Below are positions 49,212 through 58,739 of a stretch of 64,000 bases of DNA, in pieces. The position numbers and the translations under genes are program-made. The notes under the pieces were generated by a model. That model searched no databases. It was not told the DNA's origin and saw nothing but the letters and a program-made list of their open reading frames with translations. Source of the stretch: Candidatus Uhrbacteria bacterium (GTDB taxonomy: Bacteria > Patescibacteriota > Patescibacteriia > UBA9934 > GWF2-40-263); assembly GCA_016205975.1 (NCBI GenBank), contig JACQSK010000021.1, positions 106,593 through 170,592 of the forward strand. Reading direction: 5' to 3'. Every line of letters begins with the position of its first letter. Position 1 is the stretch's first letter.

Positions 49212-51171
49212 CGCCGGGACGCCTCCCCGCCGCGTGAGAGGACGCACGGCCCGGTCGGCGTGGACCCGTCGCGCCGAGACTCGCGTTCTGCCCCGGTCGC
49301 CTGCGACCTGCCGCGCTCGTGCCCCCCGCCCCCCTCCCCGCTGGTCCAGGCGCCCGGGACGAGCCCGGCACGCCCGGGGTCGAAGCCCCGGAGCGTGGCG
49401 CGCCGCGCGCGTCCGTGACTCCCAGGGGAGCCGGACGAGCCGCGGAGCGCAGCACCCGGCGCAGGGCCGCCCAGGGCGGCCACTCGGCGGAGAACCGCCG
49501 AGCCGGGGAGGGGGGAGCGAGGGACAGCGAGCCGACCGGGGACCGCAGCGCGGACCGGGACGGGGAACGAGAGAACCGGCAGGGACGACCCCACGCCGAG
49601 CGGGACCGTGGCTCGGAGGAGGCCGAGGGGACGAACGGGACCTACACGGTGGACCGCAGCCTCCAGCGCGGGGGCGTACCCGGGACGCGCACGAAGACGC
49701 TCTCGTCTCGTAGCACGCCCGGTACCCACGCCTGGGGCGGGGGGAAAACCATCATGAACCGACCTTTCTCTTCGACCAGGACCCACATCGCGTCGATGAC
49801 CTCCTCGGTCGTCGCCGCGCCGTGTCCCAGGGTCTCGAGCGCCTCGGCCACGAGGTTCTTTGCCAGCATCAGTGCCATAGGGGAATGGGATTACGTCGAG
49901 GGATGGGGGTCGCCCGGCGGTTCCACGTTCCCGGGCCCAGCTGCGCTGCTGCCCATCGGCGGGCGCCGTCGCCTCGCCTCCTGCGAGAGGGAAACGCCCC
50001 CGGGGTGGGGGCGTATGGGCGCGGCTCCTTCCGCGCCCCGGTGAGTCGGGGGAACACGACCGTGACGGCGCACGAGCGCCACCGTCCGCCTCGGCCGGCC
50101 ACGACCGGCCCGCCCCGCGCCGCGGCGAGCCCGCGCCTCCCCCGGGCCACCCCCCCGCGCGCGCCGTGGACGCCGGGCCCGAGGCCCGCGCGGCGGGGAC
50201 CCGGGAGCTCGCCTCGCCCGGGGTCCCGGAGGACCACGAGCAGGAGACGAGCCGACCCGGGCGCCCCCCGGCCGCGACCCGCCGACCGCGCGGCACGTAC
50301 CCCGAGGGGGGTACCGCGAGAGCCGGCGAGCTTCGCCGAGGCACGTCGCAGGCGAGTCCAGCCGTCCCGCCCCGGGGCTGAGGCCCGGGACGAGGAGCGA
50401 CCAGGATCCGCCCGCGCGATCCGCGTCCAGGGGGACGGGGACGGGGAGGGTGGCAGGGGGATTCGACGAGCCCGCGGAGGGCCACGAGGAAGACCGGCCA
50501 GGGGACGGCCGGGCGGGGGCAGGCAACCCCTGCGCCGGCACGATCGGTCCCGGGGAGAGCATCGACACCCACGGCGACCTGCGGGCCCGCCGCGCGGCAC
50601 GCTACCCGTCGACGAGCCGCCAGTTGCCGCTGCCCTTCGCCACCGAGGCGAAGGACCGTGAGCGCTGGACGACTTGCCGAACCTTGGCCTGCCATGTCGG
50701 GGTGAGCGGGCGTCCGCGGCGCTCGCACTCGGCTTTGACCGCCGCGTACAAGACCGCAAGATGCACGCCCCGCCGAGACTGGGGCAAGGAACGGGACGCA
50801 GCCACGACGATGGGCGCCCAGCGGAGTTCCGCCGGGGCCGAGGAGGTGGAGGTTGCCATAGTGGGCTACCGCAACGACGAGACCATGACGATCGCCAGGG
50901 CGCCCGCGGTCACGACGTAGAGGACCATGAAGATCCCCTCGCGCACCCACGAGACGCGCCAGGCGCGCTTCATGTGCTTGGTCATAGGCGTGAGGATTAC
51001 GAACAAGGTGAGCAGGGGGTTGCCTGCCCCTCGCCCGGTCCGTCCCACTGGCCACGTCCGCCCCACGGCGCCCACGGGCCACCGCGATGCCGACCTCTTC
51101 CACGAGAACGAGATCACGACGGGACCGGCTCCTCCCGGCCCCCTGGTAGCTGGTGAAATGAACGCCGTAGC

Positions 51172-52128
51172 TCATGGCCGTTCCCCGGCCCTGAAAGACC
51201 CTTCCTGCACGCTCCCAGGATCCGCACCTGCACGAGATCCTGGACCCACCAGGCCGTTCCCACCGTGGGAACGGTCCGTCGGAACGGTTTCCACGAGGCA
51301 AGACGGCGCAAGGCGCGCGCGCTCGGTGCCGTCCTGGGTGACGACCCTCGGGGTGAGCCAGGCGGTCGGCGCGAGGATGTCCCGGTCGGTCAGCTCGCTG
51401 GCCACGGCGAAGGAGACGAGCCCCTCGGGAAGGCCCGCCTCCCAGGCCGCGAGCGCAAGGCGATTGCGCCTCCGGGCGGTGGGGACGGTGACGGCGACGC
51501 GCCAGTTCGAGGTACCCAGGAGCGGCGCGCCCGCGCTCCGGAGCGCGGCGTACGCGAGCGCCTTGTGCGCGAGCCAGCTCGGGGACTCGGTGCCGAGGTC
51601 CACTTCGAAGGCGACGGCGACCTGGCCGGCCCCCGCGGAGAGCAGGGCGACCGCGTCGGGCACGAGCCGAGCGTTCGGCAGCGCGCGCCGGAGTTCCCCC
51701 TCGAACAGGAAGCGTGCGAGCCGCCAGGCGCGCGAGCGACCGCACGCGACCGAGAGCGCGACGTAGAGGTCGACCTGCCCGTCGTGGTGGGCGAGGTTCA
51801 CGCGCTCGACCCCGTCGCGCACGCGGTAGTCCCCGGCCTCGCCGCCGAGGGCCGCCGCCAAGACCGGCCGCGCCGCGGGCGCGAGCGTGACGCGGTTGGG
51901 CCCGTTCAATCCCTCGGGGAGGTGCACGGTCACGAGCCCCAGGTCGCGCAGGACGCGCAGGCGCCGACGCGCCATGGGCACGCTCATCTGCACGCCGCGC
52001 GCGACCTGGTCGATGGTGACCGGCTGCGCGCGCTCGACGAGCGTGAGCACGAGGGTGTCGCGCACGGTCCGGCGCGCCCCGCCCGGGTCGCGACGCGCGG
52101 TGCGGCGGCTCGCCTCAGCGGGCATCAT
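51172..52128 (-). CDS. replication-relaxation (Replic_Relax) family protein
   Basis: N-terminal winged HTH (TLVLTLVERAQPVTIDQVARGV ... RRLRVLRDLGLV). Overall similarity to mobile-element replication-relaxation proteins, assessed from memory. Confidence 0.5.
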   Translation of the reverse strand: MMPAEASRRTARRDPGGARRTVRDTLVLTLVERAQPVTIDQVARGVQMSVPMARRRLRVLRDLGLVTVHLPEGLNGPNRVTLAPAARPVLAAALGGEAGDYRVRDGVERVNLAHHDGQVDLYVALSVACGRSRAWRLARFLFEGELRRALPNARLVPDAVALLSAGAGQVAVAFEVDLGTESPSWLAHKALAYAALRSAGAPLLGTSNWRVAVTVPTARRRNRLALAAWEAGLPEGLVSFAVASELTDRDILAPTAWLTPRVVTQDGTERARLAPSCLVETVPTDRSHGGNGLVGPGSRAGADPGSVQEGSFRAGERP

Positions 52129-52471
52129 CGCTCCCGAGGAGCTCGAAGACCGGGTTGTCGAGGGCGAGCCCGCACGGGCAGGTCACGTAGGCGGCGACGG
52201 CTCCGCACCGGGGGCAGGGACCCCACCCGGAGCCGAGGTAGGCATAGCCGCAGGCGCCGCACGTCCAGGCCGCGCCGGGGCCGAGTACGACGACGTGCCC
52301 GCGCGGGCAGCGCGCCTCGGGGGTGGAGAGCGACCGGGCCACGCGCCACGACCGCGCGAACATGACGATGGCGTCGACGAGGAGCGTGACCGGCAGCGCG
52401 GCAAGCACAAGCGCACTGAGCGCCAGGAGGACCCACCAGGGCGCGCGCACCCCGGCGAGGGCCGCGAGCAT
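52115..52471 (-). CDS. small membrane protein with C-terminal zinc-ribbon (CPRGH..CGACG..CPRCG..CPCG)
   Basis: TM helix WWVLLALSALVLAALPVTLLV then four Cys pairs. Confidence 0.4.
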   Translation of the reverse strand: MLAALAGVRAPWWVLLALSALVLAALPVTLLVDAIVMFARSWRVARSLSTPEARCPRGHVVVLGPGAAWTCGACGYAYLGSGWGPCPRCGAVAAYVTCPCGLALDNPVFELLGSDDAR

Positions 52472-52479
52472 CCCCCCGG

Positions 52480-53958
52480 TCACGGCAGCTCCAGGGCCGG
52501 CCGGCGCGAGGGACCCCGGCGTGCGCCGCTTCGCGCGGGGGCGGAGGGCCAGGGAATCGTGTTGTCTGCGACGGGAACCGCTGGCGCGGGGGGTGACGAG
52601 GTCGAGCCGTCGAACGCCTCGAGATCCTGCGCCCGCCGACCCAGCCGGCCGAGGCGGTAGCGTTCGCGCAGCTCCGCGGGGACGCGCGCGGCTTCCCGCA
52701 CCACGGCCGCGAGCGGGAGCGTACCGGTCACGAGGACCTGGCTCGTGCCGTTCACGAGGTCCGCGTAGAGCGCGGTCTGCCGGGGCAGCGCGCGCAGCCT
52801 TCGCTCCCACCGGGCGCGCGCGTCGGCGGGCGAGAGGAGCCGGTCGGGCACCTCGGGGTCCACCATCCGGGAGAGCGACTCCGGGAGCACGTGGGAGAGG
52901 AGCCGCACGTCCTCCTGCCGAGGCCGGAACGCGGTCCAGGTCGCCACGTTGACGAGCAGCGCGTCCACCAGTGCCGGGTTGCGCAGGGCACCCAGGGACT
53001 GGGTCGCCAGTTCCCAGCCCACGCCCTGCTCGCGGGAGAGCTGGAGCGCGCGCTCCAGGTCGATGCCGCTCCCCTCCGCCAGTACGTGGAACTCGTCGAG
53101 GTACACGGTGACGGGCACGTCCCGGTCCGGCCGGCTCATGACCGCCGCCAAGAGCAGCATGAGGAGAAGCGAGCCCACCATGCTGGGCAGGCCCGGGAGC
53201 CCCATCGGCGCGCCGCCCAGGTCCAGCACCGTGAGCCGGGAGCCGAGGAGCGCCTCGCCGGCGAGGCAGCCCCGGGCGTTGAACATCGCGCGCATGTCGG
53301 AGAGCGCGAGCACGTGCCGATCCAGGCGGGCCGCCAGCGCCAAGGCACTCGCCGCGGGCTCGGAGTCGAACTCGACGGACCAGTACTGGCGATCCACCGG
53401 GTCATCGATGCGCGAGACCACGGCGCGGCGGAACGTCTCGTCGGTGAGCAAGCGATGGAGCTCGACGAGGCTCCGGCTCACGCGCAGGCCGCGCATGAGC
53501 ATCCGGGACATCCGGGGGCCGAACGCCTCCCCGGCCATCTTGCCCAGGATGTCGGCGACCAGAGCCGCGCGCTCGTCGCGGGGAATCCCGGGGACCTCCG
53601 AGCAGAAGTTCAAGGGCACGGCCACGCCCTTGAAGGGCGCGAACACGGTGACGTCCGTGGGCGAGATGCCCCAGCGCGGGCCGAAGACCGGCAGCCAGTG
53701 GGCGTAGAGGTCCTCCGCGTCGTGCCCCTTGGCCGCGCCCATGATGACGACGCGCTCCCCCGCGCGCAGGCGTTGCAGGGCCTGCCCCTTCTGGTCCTGG
53801 GACTTCCCGACCCCGGTGGGACCGGTGACGAGCGCGTGCGCTCCTCTCCGGGTGGTCTCCCACAGGACCCGCCGCCCGCCCGGGGTCGAGATCCAGCCGC
53901 GCGCGCGACGGCGCGAACCGGCGCGGGCGGGCGCGAGGGGATCGCGCTCACCGGCCAT
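52480..53958 (-). CDS. P-loop ATPase of the conjugative coupling / FtsK-HerA type
   Basis: Walker A VTGPTGVGKS. Walker B-like VTVYLDEFHVL. Size and context match TraD/VirD4/TraG-like or FtsK-like DNA translocases. Confidence 0.55.
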   Translation of the reverse strand: MAGERDPLAPARAGSRRRARGWISTPGGRRVLWETTRRGAHALVTGPTGVGKSQDQKGQALQRLRAGERVVIMGAAKGHDAEDLYAHWLPVFGPRWGISPTDVTVFAPFKGVAVPLNFCSEVPGIPRDERAALVADILGKMAGEAFGPRMSRMLMRGLRVSRSLVELHRLLTDETFRRAVVSRIDDPVDRQYWSVEFDSEPAASALALAARLDRHVLALSDMRAMFNARGCLAGEALLGSRLTVLDLGGAPMGLPGLPSMVGSLLLMLLLAAVMSRPDRDVPVTVYLDEFHVLAEGSGIDLERALQLSREQGVGWELATQSLGALRNPALVDALLVNVATWTAFRPRQEDVRLLSHVLPESLSRMVDPEVPDRLLSPADARARWERRLRALPRQTALYADLVNGTSQVLVTGTLPLAAVVREAARVPAELRERYRLGRLGRRAQDLEAFDGSTSSPPAPAVPVADNTIPWPSAPARSGARRGPSRRPALELP

Positions 53959-54541
53959 CGTCGTCGTCCCCTTCGCCGAGCAGGTGGAAGTCGTCGTCGT
54001 CGCCTCCCGCGCGCGGCGCCTCGCCGGCGGCCTCGTCCATGGCGGGCTCGTCGTCCCCGGGCTCGACGACCCGGGCGCGGCGACGGGCGGTGGGACGCGG
54101 CGCCGGCCGCGGGGAAGGCAGCGCGGCGCGCGCCTTGGCCGCGACGAGGAGCACCGCGGCGGCGGCGAGCATGAGCCCGGCGAGCATGGCGCAGGTCTCG
54201 GCGTCGTAGAGCACCCCGTCGAGACCCGTGTCCGCGGACGGAGCGCCGACGCGGACGCCCCCGAGGCGCGCGCGCACGCCCGCGAGCGCAGAGATGGCGA
54301 GGGGCCAGCCCCCGGCGAAGAGCGCGAGCCCGATCGCCCACGGGAGGATGCGCCCGGAAAGCTGGGTCGCGCCCACCATCCAGGTGACGCACAGCCCGAG
54401 CACGGCGAGCACGAGCAGGCCCGCGGCCAGGTGATGGAGCGGCACGGCGAACAGCGCCGCGCCGACGGCGAGCACGACGAGCACCGCCACTCCGGCGCGG
54501 CCGGCGCGATCGTGCTGGCGCAGCGGGCGGGGCGTTGTCAC
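53948..54541 (-). CDS. membrane protein (4 TM) with acidic C-terminal tail
   Basis: GTG start overlapping the upstream stop. TM helices. Tail DDDDFHLLGEGDDDDGR. Confidence 0.35.
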   Translation of the reverse strand: MTTPRPLRQHDRAGRAGVAVLVVLAVGAALFAVPLHHLAAGLLVLAVLGLCVTWMVGATQLSGRILPWAIGLALFAGGWPLAISALAGVRARLGGVRVGAPSADTGLDGVLYDAETCAMLAGLMLAAAAVLLVAAKARAALPSPRPAPRPTARRRARVVEPGDDEPAMDEAAGEAPRAGGDDDDFHLLGEGDDDDGR

Positions 54542-54897
54542 GGCCACGGCTCCGGGCACTCGAGCATGCGGCGGTATGCCCACGGAGTGTCGGCGGACGC
54601 GCAGATCTCCTCCTTGTCCAGGCCGGGGTTGCGCTCGCGCTCCGCCGCGACCGCTCGTCGCGCCGCGCGCTCCGCGATGGCCTCGACTTCCTCCACCGAG
54701 GGCCCGGGGACGTAGGACACGACCGTCGGCGCGGGCGGGTCCGCCGCCTTGGCGCGCGCCACGACGACGGATCCGGCCTGTCCGGGCGCGGCCTCCCGCG
54801 CACAACCCGTTCGCACGAGGAGTATGCCCGCGATGCCGGCGGCGATCGCGCCCAGGGAGAGGAGGGTGAGGGCGTCAACGAGACGGCGAAGGTCCAT
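54538..54897 (-). CDS. small TM protein
   Basis: MDLRRLVDALTLLSLGAIAAGIAGILLV. Translationally coupled to its neighbours. Confidence 0.35.
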   Translation of the reverse strand: MDLRRLVDALTLLSLGAIAAGIAGILLVRTGCAREAAPGQAGSVVVARAKAADPPAPTVVSYVPGPSVEEVEAIAERAARRAVAAERERNPGLDKEEICASADTPWAYRRMLECPEPWP

Positions 54898-55504
54898 GGT
54901 GGCCTCCGGGGGAGCGAGGAAGCACGAAGAACGGGACGGGGGCGTCGAGCGCGGAGAAACCGTCGGACTCGACGGGCTGGAGCACGCCGGAGCGGGGGCC
55001 GAGGTACGCCCCCGTGCCCTGGCCGATGGGCAGGCTGGGGTCGATGACAACTCCTACGGAGCTGGCTGCGGGGAACGTGGCCTGGGTCGCCTCGTCGGTA
55101 CGGGAGAAGCGGGTGCCGTAGCCAGGGTGGGTGTGCCACCAGCCGACGACCTCGGCGATGGGCCAGCCCCACCGGAGATCCTCCATGAGCGCGGCCATCT
55201 CCTCGACGCCCGCGAAGACGTGGGCGTGGCCGGCGTCGGCGCGCACGGCGCGCACCGCGCCGGTGACCAGGGTGTAGGGGCCGTCTGCGTCCTCGCACGC
55301 CCGCCCGGCGAGGAGTCCCATCGTCTCGCGCGGCACGGCCGCCCGCGCCCAGGCGACCAGGTCGTCCAGGACGGCCTCCGACAGGTAGACGGCGACTCCC
55401 AGCGCGTCGCCGAACCGCGACCAGCCGGGCTCCTCCGGGGCAGGCGCGGGCCGGTAGAGAGGAACGCATTCGCGCACCCCGCGGACCACGAGGCGGGTGC
55501 TCAT
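54875..55504 (-). CDS. JAB/MPN (JAMM) metallopeptidase-domain protein
   Basis: WWHTHPGYGTRFSRTDE matches H-x-H-x7-S-x2-D. Upstream Glu (RETMGLLAG). Start overlaps the E2 stop (ATGA). Confidence 0.6.
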   Translation of the reverse strand: MSTRLVVRGVRECVPLYRPAPAPEEPGWSRFGDALGVAVYLSEAVLDDLVAWARAAVPRETMGLLAGRACEDADGPYTLVTGAVRAVRADAGHAHVFAGVEEMAALMEDLRWGWPIAEVVGWWHTHPGYGTRFSRTDEATQATFPAASSVGVVIDPSLPIGQGTGAYLGPRSGVLQPVESDGFSALDAPVPFFVLPRSPGGHHGPSPSR

Positions 55505-56148
55505 GCGCGCCCCCGGACGCGCAGGCGCGGCGAGGGGGTGGGCGGCCAGGGCGAGAGCACCCGCAGCGCGGGCCGCGACCGGGCCACGCCGTGAGTGAAC
55601 TCGACCGGCATCGCCGGGTAGACGAGGTCGCGGTGCAAGGAGTGCCCGCGCAGCGTCTCCTGCCAGTAGCGGATGGCGTCGGGCTGGTAGCCCCAGTCGC
55701 TGTCCGAGTACGGCTCGTCGAAGTTGAGGATGCGCGCCACCTGCACGAGCAGGTGGGCAAGCAGGACCTGCCCGCCGGCGTCGCCCCAGTCCGAGCCGAT
55801 GCACACCACCCCCGAGGCCGGCTGGACACGGTGGTTCCACGGCAAGGGCGGCAGGACGGTGACCGCGGGGGGCGTGAACGGGTAGTTGCCGCCCGCGAGC
55901 AGGTCGAAGGCGACCACCGTCGCCGCCTGGTACCGGCCGGGCCCCGCGAGCGTCCGGAAGTCGTACCGTGCCAAGACGTAGGGGGGCGCGGCCCCGGGCG
56001 TGCCGGGAGCGACGGGATCGCGTGCCGAGAGCAGGGCCGGGATGCTCGCGAACCCTGCGACCTGCAACCACGGGGCGGCGAGCCGCGCCACGACCTCGAA
56101 GTCGAAGCGCAGCCGGCGCTCCCGCTCTCCTGGCGCGAGGCGTCGCAT
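55501..56148 (-). CDS. E2-like (UBC-fold) ubiquitin-conjugating enzyme homologue
   Basis: PLPWNHRVQPASGVVCIGSDWG resembles the UBC active-site HPN(I/V)xxxGxICL stretch. Start overlaps the Ubl stop (TGATG). Confidence 0.5.
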   Translation of the reverse strand: MRRLAPGERERRLRFDFEVVARLAAPWLQVAGFASIPALLSARDPVAPGTPGAAPPYVLARYDFRTLAGPGRYQAATVVAFDLLAGGNYPFTPPAVTVLPPLPWNHRVQPASGVVCIGSDWGDAGGQVLLAHLLVQVARILNFDEPYSDSDWGYQPDAIRYWQETLRGHSLHRDLVYPAMPVEFTHGVARSRPALRVLSPWPPTPSPRLRVRGRA

Positions 56149-56408
56149 CAGCGGGCGCCCTCCATGGCCTGGACCACCTCGACGACGTCCCCGTCGGCCA
56201 CGCCCGCGGCACGCAAGGTGCGACCCGGGAGGATCGGGAGGTGTGTGCGGCCGTGGACCAGGCCGTACTCCCGCCGGTCGGTGACGGGCAAGAGCGCGTC
56301 GCAGCGGACCAGCTCGTGGATGGTCTCCAGGGCGGTCAGCTCGGGGTCGACGTCGACGTCGAGCGCGGAAGGGGTGCGGGGACAGGCGAACTTGACGTTC
56401 ATGGTCAT
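56148..56408 (-). CDS. small beta-grasp (ubiquitin-like) protein, 86 aa, C-terminus ...VVQAMEGAR (no terminal Gly-Gly)
   Basis: GAGGAGGA RBS. ATG overlaps the E1 stop (ATGA). ...GRTLRAAGVADGDVVEVV resembles ThiS/MoaD C-terminal strands. Confidence 0.45.
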   Translation of the reverse strand: MTMNVKFACPRTPSALDVDVDPELTALETIHELVRCDALLPVTDRREYGLVHGRTHLPILPGRTLRAAGVADGDVVEVVQAMEGAR

Positions 56409-57667
56409 TCCTCCTCGGAATGGGGGGTGAGAGAGAGGCGGGGAAAGACGCCGGGGACCGTGCCCGGGAGCTGCACGAGCGCACCGTCGGCACGGGCGAC
56501 CGCGCCCGGTCCCAGCCCGAGCCGGGGAAGCGGCACGTCCAGGAGCACGGCGTCCGAGGCCCGGAGAACCGAGCGGAGGTCGGGGAGGCCGGGCGCACTC
56601 CCCGGCGAGCACGAGTCTCCCGGGCACCGGGGCGCGGAGGTGACCGCGTACCGCGGCTGGTTCACGACCACGGGCCGCCCGCACCCCGCGCACGGGAGCG
56701 ACACGACGACCGGCTCGGACAGCTGGATCTCGCTGCAGGGGAGCCCCAGCCGCCGCAGCGCCTCGAACAGCTCGTACAGCGTCGCGGGCTCCCCGGGGAC
56801 GCGCGCCGCTTCCTCGCCGAAGGGGACGTGGTCGAGCCGGCAGTCCGGGTCGCTCACGAGCGTCGTGAGCACCGACCGCCCCGTGCGGATGTCGAGGTGC
56901 CAACGATGGCCGGCGAGCGGCACGTACCGGGGCAACAGCGCCGGGTCGGTCTCGAACCCGTCCGAGAGCAGGTGCGCGTGCGCGAACCCGATCGCCGCCT
57001 CGGCGACGAGCGCGCCGGCGACCTGGGCCGCGGACTGGATGGCCGGGGAGAAGCCGGCCGCCTCCGCCTGCCTGGCGTAGAGCGTGCACAGCCCGCGGGT
57101 GCTCGCGTCCCGGAGGGAGCGCCGGCCGCAGCCCCAGCACGGCTCGTCCGGGATCCCGGGGTGGTTCGCGATGACCGTGACCGCGAGCTGGGGGCCCTCG
57201 AACCCCGCCTCGACGAGCGGCAGCCGGGAGCGCCGGCACAGCTCGGAGAGGTACGCGCGCGTCTCGTTGCTGTCGACCGCGGAGATGAGCGCGTGCGGGT
57301 ACCACGGGCCCCGTGCGCCCGCGAGCAGGTCCCCGACCGCCTGCACCAGGCCCAGGTGGTGGTACGCCTCGGCGCCAGGGTGGGTCGCGGACCGCAAAAA
57401 ACCCTCGGCGACGGCCGGGGCCTTGGGGGCGTCCTTCTGGTAGAAGGGGCTCCGGGTGCGGTTGGACTCCTCGAAGGCGTCGGGGTCGACGACGATGAGC
57501 GTGCGGACGCCGGAGAGCGCGAGCGCGAGCGCGGCGTTCTGGCCGAGCGCACCGGCGCCCACCAGCGCGACCCGGGTGCCCGAGAGCACGTGCGGGTCGT
57601 ACCCGGCGAGCCGCTCGCGGGAGAGGAAAGAGGGATCAGTGACGGTGGCCGTCATTGGGCCCTCCAC
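56405..57667 (-). CDS. E1-like ThiF/MoeB-family adenylyltransferase with C-terminal Cys-rich (CxxC...C..C) region
   Basis: RVALVGAGALGQNAALALALSGVRTLIVVDPDAFEESN is a ThiF fold. C-terminal SLPCAGCGRPVV ... PRCPGDSCSPG. Confidence 0.65.
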   Translation of the reverse strand: MEGPMTATVTDPSFLSRERLAGYDPHVLSGTRVALVGAGALGQNAALALALSGVRTLIVVDPDAFEESNRTRSPFYQKDAPKAPAVAEGFLRSATHPGAEAYHHLGLVQAVGDLLAGARGPWYPHALISAVDSNETRAYLSELCRRSRLPLVEAGFEGPQLAVTVIANHPGIPDEPCWGCGRRSLRDASTRGLCTLYARQAEAAGFSPAIQSAAQVAGALVAEAAIGFAHAHLLSDGFETDPALLPRYVPLAGHRWHLDIRTGRSVLTTLVSDPDCRLDHVPFGEEAARVPGEPATLYELFEALRRLGLPCSEIQLSEPVVVSLPCAGCGRPVVVNQPRYAVTSAPRCPGDSCSPGSAPGLPDLRSVLRASDAVLLDVPLPRLGLGPGAVARADGALVQLPGTVPGVFPRLSLTPHSEEE

Positions 57668-58466
57668 AGGTCCAGCAGGTGGGGCCGGCCTCCACCCGCT
57701 CCCGCGAAACGACGAGCGGCGCGGCCGAGTGGGTTGCCGGCGGTGCGGCCGCGCGGGCGGTCGGCGTCGACGCTCTTCTCTCCGCGCGCGCGGGAGATCG
57801 CGCGGCCCAGTGCGGGGCCAAGCGCGGGGTTGGCGGTGCGGTTGGAGGGGTGGCCGACGGGGCCGCCTGGCGGGTGGCCGGCCTCGGGGCCGAGGAGGTG
57901 GCCGGCGTCGACACCCCTCGCTCTTCGCGCTCGGGAGTACCGCGCGGGGGCGAGAAGGCGCGGGCGGCCCACGCCTCCACTTCGCGCGTAAGCCACGCCT
58001 GCGCGGCGTTCAGGCCGTCGGCCGCCCCGGTGACGATCCACCGGGCGAGCAGGACGAGGAGGCCGAGGCCGCCGAGCGTCACGATGATCGGGTCGACGCC
58101 GGCGGACGGCGCCCAGCGGGTCCATGCCTCGTGGACCGCGGCGACCAGCACGCAGAGGCCGACCCGGCGGAGGAGCGCACGGAGGCCGGGAGGGAAGGCG
58201 CGGTACCGCTCCACGACGTGATCGAGGAGCTTCCCGGCCTCGCCGGCGACGACGAGCAGCAGGAAGCCGACCGGGACGGTGACGGCGAAAAGGGCGGCGG
58301 CCTCGATCGCCGCCTGCAAGTACGCGATGGGCGCGGCGGAGCCGGGGCAGCCCGGGAGGACCAGGAGCAACGGGGCGACGGCGCCGAGGCGAACCAGCCA
58401 TCCCGCGACGTCCAGGTCGCAAGGCGACCGGCCCCGGCGCCATGCGCGATCGCAGCCGGTGGTCAT
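57636..58466 (-). CDS. membrane protein with Pro/Ala/Thr-rich C-terminal tail
   Basis: Several TM helices. The stop overlaps the next gene. Confidence 0.35.
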   Translation of the reverse strand: MTTGCDRAWRRGRSPCDLDVAGWLVRLGAVAPLLLVLPGCPGSAAPIAYLQAAIEAAALFAVTVPVGFLLLVVAGEAGKLLDHVVERYRAFPPGLRALLRRVGLCVLVAAVHEAWTRWAPSAGVDPIIVTLGGLGLLVLLARWIVTGAADGLNAAQAWLTREVEAWAARAFSPPRGTPEREERGVSTPATSSAPRPATRQAAPSATPPTAPPTPRLAPHWAARSPARAERRASTPTARAAAPPATHSAAPLVVSRERVEAGPTCWTCGGPNDGHRH

Positions 58467-58636
58467 TCTCCACCCCCGTCGAGCGAGTTGCCGTCGTCGG
58501 AGTCGAAGCCGTCGAAGTCGAGGATGACGGTGTCGTTCTCGACGTCGTAGACCGGCTCGATGTTGCCCTCGGCCACCGCGGGACGGGTCGCCGCGGTGCC
58601 TTCCGAGACTCGGTTCGATGTCGCTCTTGACGTCAT
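58463..58636 (-). CDS. small acidic protein (about 57 aa)
   Basis: MTSRATSNRVSEG ... DFDGFDSDDGNSLDGGGE. Stop overlaps the next ATG. Below the ORF-track size cutoff. Coordinates +/-2. Confidence 0.2.
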   Translation of the reverse strand: MTSRATSNRVSEGTAATRPAVAEGNIEPVYDVENDTVILDFDGFDSDDGNSLDGGGE

Positions 58637-58739
58637 ACTGGACCAGTAGGATCCAGCCGGGGTCGCGTCAAGGAGAAAAGTTGACTTCTCGTCCGATTCG
58701 ACCTATACGGCTCCTGGTTGAGACCCCCGGAGCGCAGCC

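Noticed and set aside
49208-51745. 845-aa minus ORF and overlapping + ORFs
   Set aside because: Uniformly Arg/Gly/Pro/Ala-rich translation in all frames. Treated as unresolved high-GC DNA rather than a gene.
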